Positions 41,521-45,960 of a stretch of 45,960 bases of DNA are shown here, piece by piece. The first letter of the stretch is position 1. The number at the start of each line of letters is the position of its first letter. The position numbers were made by a program, and so were the translations under genes. The notes under the pieces are model-generated. The model had not been told where the DNA came from. It saw only the letters and a list, made by a program, of their open reading frames with translations, and searched no databases. Origin of the DNA: a virus. Location of the stretch: IMG/VR virus record IMGVR_UViG_3300020049_011007. One strand, 5' to 3'.

Positions 41521-41543
41521 AAATAAGTATTGAGTGTTTAAAT

Positions 41544-42908
41544 TTAAGGAGTCCCACCATCGGTGATTGTCCAAGAATTTGTTGTTGTTAGAATAGCTCT
41601 TCCCGCTGTGCCGTTATATCCGCCACTAGTAGCGTCATAGTGAGAGTTTCCGCCTGAGAACGTAACATTGTTTTTTCTATTTGGGTTTGCCGCCCATCCA
41701 GCCAAAAGAGCGTTATAATTTGCATTTGTCAGGGTTGTGCTAGTGAACATATCAGTTGCGTTAGTTAATGCCGCTATGTTCCAATTTCCTAGATTTTGCT
41801 GGAAGGAAGTAGCTAAAAGGAACATTCCTGACATATTTGTAATTTTAGAAACATTCCAACCACTAATATTCTGGTTAAATAGTGTTGCTCCTGCAAACAT
41901 AGCATTAGCTACAGTGACTGAGCTCATATCCCAGCCACTAATATCTTGGTTGAAAGGGCAAAGCTGAAATAACCCTATCATGTTTGTGACTTTTGAAATA
42001 TTCCAACTTCCAATATTTTGATTGAATGCGCCAGCGTTACCAAACATGCTTTCAAGAGTAGTAGCTGCTGATACGTTCCAGCTTCCGATATTACGATTGA
42101 ATACAGATGCGCCATAAAACATCGCGCCAAAGTTGGTAACTTTTGAAACATTCCAAGTCGTAACGTTGCCATTAAATACTGGACATTCACGAAACATATT
42201 TGACATGTCCGTGACATTGGAGACATCCCATGAGCTGAAATCTTGATTCAGAAGACTACAGCCTCGGAATGTTACTGACATATTAGTGACTTTTGAAACA
42301 TTCCAACTAGCTACAGAAAAGTTTATCTTAGTCCCAAAAAATGCGCCTGACATGTCCGTGACATTGGAGACATTCCATTGCGATAAATCAGAAGAAAAGT
42401 TGCCACATGCATTAAAAGCATTTTGTAGAGTGGTAACGCTAGAAATATCCCATTTACCTATGTTTGGAATAGTAGTGAGGCTAGAGCAACCAATAAATGT
42501 GCCACCAAAATTCGTTAGCCCAGATGTGTTAAGTATATCCGTTGCGGTTATTGTTAAATTACTGCACCCCCAGAACGAAGCTCCGAGATTACCTAATTTA
42601 AAACTTGGCCCCCATTGGCTAATATTTAGAAGTTTTAACTTATCCCCGCCAGCTGCAAATCTAAACCCCTCGAATTTACCGTATATTCTAACAGTGTAAG
42701 TTCCTGCTGATGGGTAAGTGTGCGTTGTAGCTGCATCGTTATATGCTGTGATGAAGCTTGAAGTGCCATCTCCCCATAATATGGTGCAAGAATATGATCC
42801 ACTTGGAGAGGTGGGAATAAGTATTTGATTACTGGCAGAAGTTCCCGCATTATCCGTTTTCCAAGTACTGACGAAAGCGTTATCTTGTAAGAATCCAACT
42901 GGGATCAT
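41544..42908 (-). CDS. BspA-family / DUF285 leucine-rich-repeat tail fibre (receptor-binding candidate)
   Basis: About 10 tandem 25-27-aa units with the core sWNVSkVTnMsgMF (for example QWNVSNVTDMSGAF, SWDVSNVTDMSNMF, GWNVSKITNMSGMF). Confidence 0.7.
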   Translation of the reverse strand: MIPVGFLQDNAFVSTWKTDNAGTSASNQILIPTSPSGSYSCTILWGDGTSSFITAYNDAATTHTYPSAGTYTVRIYGKFEGFRFAAGGDKLKLLNISQWGPSFKLGNLGASFWGCSNLTITATDILNTSGLTNFGGTFIGCSSLTTIPNIGKWDISSVTTLQNAFNACGNFSSDLSQWNVSNVTDMSGAFFGTKINFSVASWNVSKVTNMSVTFRGCSLLNQDFSSWDVSNVTDMSNMFRECPVFNGNVTTWNVSKVTNFGAMFYGASVFNRNIGSWNVSAATTLESMFGNAGAFNQNIGSWNISKVTNMIGLFQLCPFNQDISGWDMSSVTVANAMFAGATLFNQNISGWNVSKITNMSGMFLLATSFQQNLGNWNIAALTNATDMFTSTTLTNANYNALLAGWAANPNRKNNVTFSGGNSHYDATSGGYNGTAGRAILTTTNSWTITDGGTP

Positions 42909-43994
42909 TTACGCCCCCATATTTGGATTAAAGACAATACTAACAGCCATATTTGTAGCAGTATGCGTGCCAGATTGTGAACCAGAGGTTGCCACATAAG
43001 TTGCCGCTTGGAGGTTTGGGAGTGTTGTGGATAGGTTAAAAGTATTCGCATCTATTACGTTAACATAATAGCCAGTGTTAGCAGTGATTCCTGTTGGCAA
43101 TGCCCCTGTAGTTGTAAAGGCAACCCTTTGACCAGAAACCAAGCCGTGTCCAGTCCAAGTGACAACACATGGTGTAGCGATAGTCATGGTGGCTGTTGCA
43201 GTTGCATAACTATCAACAATGTAGCTCAATTTATCTAAAGCATATTTCTCTGGTGACATCGTAGGAGCTGTCAAACCAGAAAAGATGTAGGGCCATGCAA
43301 AAGTTAAAGCGCGGCTGCCTGCTGAGTCTTGCCTCACATTTATAATTCCTGATTGTCCAACACTTACATTCGAAGGAACGCCAAGTTGTCTGGTTGCGCC
43401 AACAGCAGAAGTAGTGGTAAGATTAAAGAGTGATGACGCAGTTAAGTTAAGCGATACAGTTGCAGCATCTGTTAACTCAACCTTGGCACAATTTACAGAT
43501 TTATAAGTTAGGGCGTTGATAGTTGAGTTGCCTGATACGTTTCTGACCATAACAGAGCCACCATTTACGCCACCAGAAGTTCCTAATAAAACGTCCCAAG
43601 ATGACGAGCCTGTTCCTGCTGTGCCGTTAAATACTACGAGAGCGTAGCCTGACAATGAAATAGTGGTGACTAAACTACCACCAGAACTGTTAATTGTGAC
43701 ATCAGATGAACCTGTGCCAATGTATCTAATCAGAAATCCTTGCCCTACTTGCAAAGTAGATACCACTGGCAATACAACTGTGTGAGCAGATGAGCCAGAG
43801 ATAGTTTGTTGGTAATTGCTATTAACATCTAATGTTAAAGTGCCACCTGATGCAGTGGTTTTAGTGAGTCCTGTGATGACATTTGGTGCAGACAAATTGC
43901 CAGTCATTGCGCCGCCAGTTATTGGAACTGATCCTGTTGAAGCTGCTGTTGGATTGACGCCAGATGCGCCTTTGTTAATATCTGAAACTGACAT
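42909..43994 (-). CDS. Tail fibre protein
   Basis: N-terminal PITGGAMTGNLSAPNV fibre motif and a Ser/Thr/Gly-rich beta body. Confidence 0.55.
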   Translation of the reverse strand: MSVSDINKGASGVNPTAASTGSVPITGGAMTGNLSAPNVITGLTKTTASGGTLTLDVNSNYQQTISGSSAHTVVLPVVSTLQVGQGFLIRYIGTGSSDVTINSSGGSLVTTISLSGYALVVFNGTAGTGSSSWDVLLGTSGGVNGGSVMVRNVSGNSTINALTYKSVNCAKVELTDAATVSLNLTASSLFNLTTTSAVGATRQLGVPSNVSVGQSGIINVRQDSAGSRALTFAWPYIFSGLTAPTMSPEKYALDKLSYIVDSYATATATMTIATPCVVTWTGHGLVSGQRVAFTTTGALPTGITANTGYYVNVIDANTFNLSTTLPNLQAATYVATSGSQSGTHTATNMAVSIVFNPNMGA

Positions 43995-44566
43995 TATGTG
44001 CTAGGGGTTAGATTGATTTTGAGAGCGTATTGTGTAATATCTGAGCTTGCTCCGCCTGTTCCTATGCATCTAATTGTGAGGGCGGTTGTCAGATCTTGTG
44101 TCCCCGCTGTTCTGGTAGCGGAATCAACGACACTTGAGTTGGAAGATAGTATTTCACTGACTATTTCCTGTGTAGCAGAAGTCTTTCTTATTATTTTGGC
44201 CTTAATAGACCATGTTCCATCATTTGCGGCAATTGCGCCTGTAGTGAGAATTGTCTGCCCACCAAATGCTAAAACAACAGTTTTGTTGTTTCCATTGGCA
44301 GCATAAGTTCCCCATGCGTCGATTTCTAAAATATCGCCATTATTTGTCAAGCTGTTTGCTGGCAAAGAATAGGTAATTAAATCAGTTGCCCCAACTCCAG
44401 AATTTGCCACAGAAGTTGTGTTGACGCTTAACATCCCACCAAGGCTTAATCCTAAATCACCCCTGATTGCACGCCATACATTTTGAAAGAAGGTAAACCA
44501 GACTGTTGTAGAATAGAATGTTTCATCAGTTATTGTTTCTGAGGCCGAAGGTATTGCTACTCTCAT
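43994..44566 (-). CDS. Tail-associated protein (needle/plug or fibre adaptor by position)
   Basis: 190 aa, immediately after the gp10-like gene, where P22 has gp26. Confidence 0.35.
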   Translation of the reverse strand: MRVAIPSASETITDETFYSTTVWFTFFQNVWRAIRGDLGLSLGGMLSVNTTSVANSGVGATDLITYSLPANSLTNNGDILEIDAWGTYAANGNNKTVVLAFGGQTILTTGAIAANDGTWSIKAKIIRKTSATQEIVSEILSSNSSVVDSATRTAGTQDLTTALTIRCIGTGGASSDITQYALKINLTPST

Positions 44567-45960
44567 GAGTCTCCTAATGTAGAATTTAAGAAGGCTCCAA
44601 CGATTGCAAATTTAGTAGGCTCGCTGTAAGTCACTTCAAAAATAGCGCTTCTTCCATAGCCAAGACTTGTCCAAAAAACTTCCCGCATGTATTGCCCTAC
44701 AGTTCCAATTGGCTCAGTAGCTAGAAAGCCCCAAGTTTGTCCGCCATCGGTAGAAACGCTAAGCATTATTTGAGGGTCTGAACCTTGTCCAGTAATTAGG
44801 CCAACTCCCGTGTCCATCATTAAAGTAAAGCGGTCTAGGGTAGCTCTGGAGAAATCTGCGAACTGAGTGGCGCTGATAATTTTGCGTAAAATGGTAGAGC
44901 CATTCTCGGTGTAAACATCTGCATCTGCTTGATAAATAACTCCAGTTTCAAAATCACCAAAGAGATTCAAGCCATTGAAGAAAGCATGAGTAGTAGCTCT
45001 CCACTGCCCTTGACTTTGTTGAGCGTTTAAACTTTCTCTTTCGTGCCAAAGATTGGTTGTGATATTATACTGCCAAGTTTTATTTTCGCTTGGAAAGGTT
45101 AAAGTGTAGAATTTATGACCGTTTATTACGTGGGTAAAGCCATAAGCGTCTGAAACTGTAGAGTATTTCTCAATTTCTTGAGAAATAGGAAAAGTAGAAA
45201 TAGGAACTAGCTGATAGCCATTTGTTTGATAAATTAATCTATCATTTCCTAAGAAGAAAAATCCACCATCAAGACTTGCCACAGAATACTTTGCAGCGCA
45301 ACCCTTCTGAATAAATACACCTTCTTTACGGTCGAAGATGTACCCTGGACGAGCAGAATTATAATAGACTTCGGTAATATTTTCTTTAAAAAACCAAAGC
45401 TCTAAATTATTCATTGCAACACGTACAATATTAGAAGAATCCGCTTCGACTGATTGAAAATTTAGCGCTCCATAAGACTCGGTAGCATTAATATTAGACC
45501 ATTGAAAGGTGCGACCTTGTTGTTTAGTGAAAACTGTATATCCGTCAAGAGTTGCCACAGAGTCAGACAATTGGTAATCAGAGTCGGTAATTTGGGTCAA
45601 TGAAGATGCGGTAGATGTGCAATAATAAGCAGTTCCACTATCTGTAAGAATAGTGACTTGCGTGCCATTGTTCGTCATCATTACGCGGCTTGGCGCTGTT
45701 GCGATAGTGCCTAAGCTAGTGACGGTTTTGGTAGAGTCTATTTTATAAACATTTGGGCCTGCTACAACGTAAAGATTCTCACCCATTATCTCCATTCCGT
45801 AGATAGGAAAACCAATGTTTAAATCTTTCCAGACGGAAAGCCCTGCGGTTCCTAAGACCATAGCTTTAAATGGGCTATCTGGAGGGCAAGGCTCAACATA
45901 ACAATTAACCATGCGCTCAGCAGAAACCAAGCCAGATTTTGCTCTGTAAGAATTAATTCC
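44563..45960 (-). CDS. Tail hub protein, P22 gp10-like (5' end continues past the window edge, equivalent to 122..148)
   Basis: About 474 aa when wrapped. The N-terminal ERMVNCYVEP parallels gp10 YLPVNMLATP. The body looks beta-propeller-like, and the gene follows the gp4-like gene. Confidence 0.5.
   Translation of the reverse strand, partial: GINSYRAKSGLVSAERMVNCYVEPCPPDSPFKAMVLGTAGLSVWKDLNIGFPIYGMEIMGENLYVVAGPNVYKIDSTKTVTSLGTIATAPSRVMMTNNGTQVTILTDSGTAYYCTSTASSLTQITDSDYQLSDSVATLDGYTVFTKQQGRTFQWSNINATESYGALNFQSVEADSSNIVRVAMNNLELWFFKENITEVYYNSARPGYIFDRKEGVFIQKGCAAKYSVASLDGGFFFLGNDRLIYQTNGYQLVPISTFPISQEIEKYSTVSDAYGFTHVINGHKFYTLTFPSENKTWQYNITTNLWHERESLNAQQSQGQWRATTHAFFNGLNLFGDFETGVIYQADADVYTENGSTILRKIISATQFADFSRATLDRFTLMMDTGVGLITGQGSDPQIMLSVSTDGGQTWGFLATEPIGTVGQYMREVFWTSLGYGRSAIFEVTYSEPTKFAIVGAFLNSTLGDS
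45840..45960. repeat. Second copy of the 121-bp terminal direct repeat
   Basis: Identical to 1..121. Confidence 0.95.

Noticed and set aside
1-45960. Lysogeny module (integrase, excisionase, CI/Cro), DNA polymerase, primase
   Set aside because: No ORF shows tyrosine or serine recombinase, polymerase or primase motifs by eye. Their absence is noted but not proven without HMM searches.

Overview
This window is a complete, circularly closed dsDNA phage genome. Positions 1..121 are identical to 45840..45960, so the unit length is 45,839 bp. The genome is AT-rich. A long minus-strand late operon runs from 17616 down to 148 and wraps through the repeat to about 38702. In order it encodes a possible small terminase, TerL, a portal with a long C-terminal coiled coil, a GroES-like protein, scaffold, capsid proteins, three large ejection-type proteins, tail fibres, a P22 gp4-like adaptor, a P22 gp10-like hub, more fibres (one with BspA/DUF285 leucine-rich repeats), holin candidates, an overlapped spanin pair, an M15 endolysin and a secreted thermonuclease. 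This points to a podovirus with a P22-like tail machine that infects a Gram-negative host. A short leftward early operon (20473..18069) ends at two tRNAs, Thr-UGU and Asn-GUU. The rightward early and replication module (20724..38696) encodes a PcfJ-like protein with 18 tandem 27-nt repeats, a replisome organizer, a DnaB helicase, an IS605-family TnpB element, ERF, SSB, a VRR-NUC nuclease, an RHH protein and many small ORFs. I found no integrase, repressor or DNA polymerase. The most unusual locus is a promoter-preceded, ORF-free, GC-rich region of about 500 nt (24532..25060). It has a tRNA-like minihelix and several strong stems, and it is followed by a conserved-looking ORF that has no canonical start codon. 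Other notable items are a shared 24-nt promoter/operator block, two frame-split genes and a second structured leader (35227..35539). All homology calls rest on motifs recognised by eye, not on searches.
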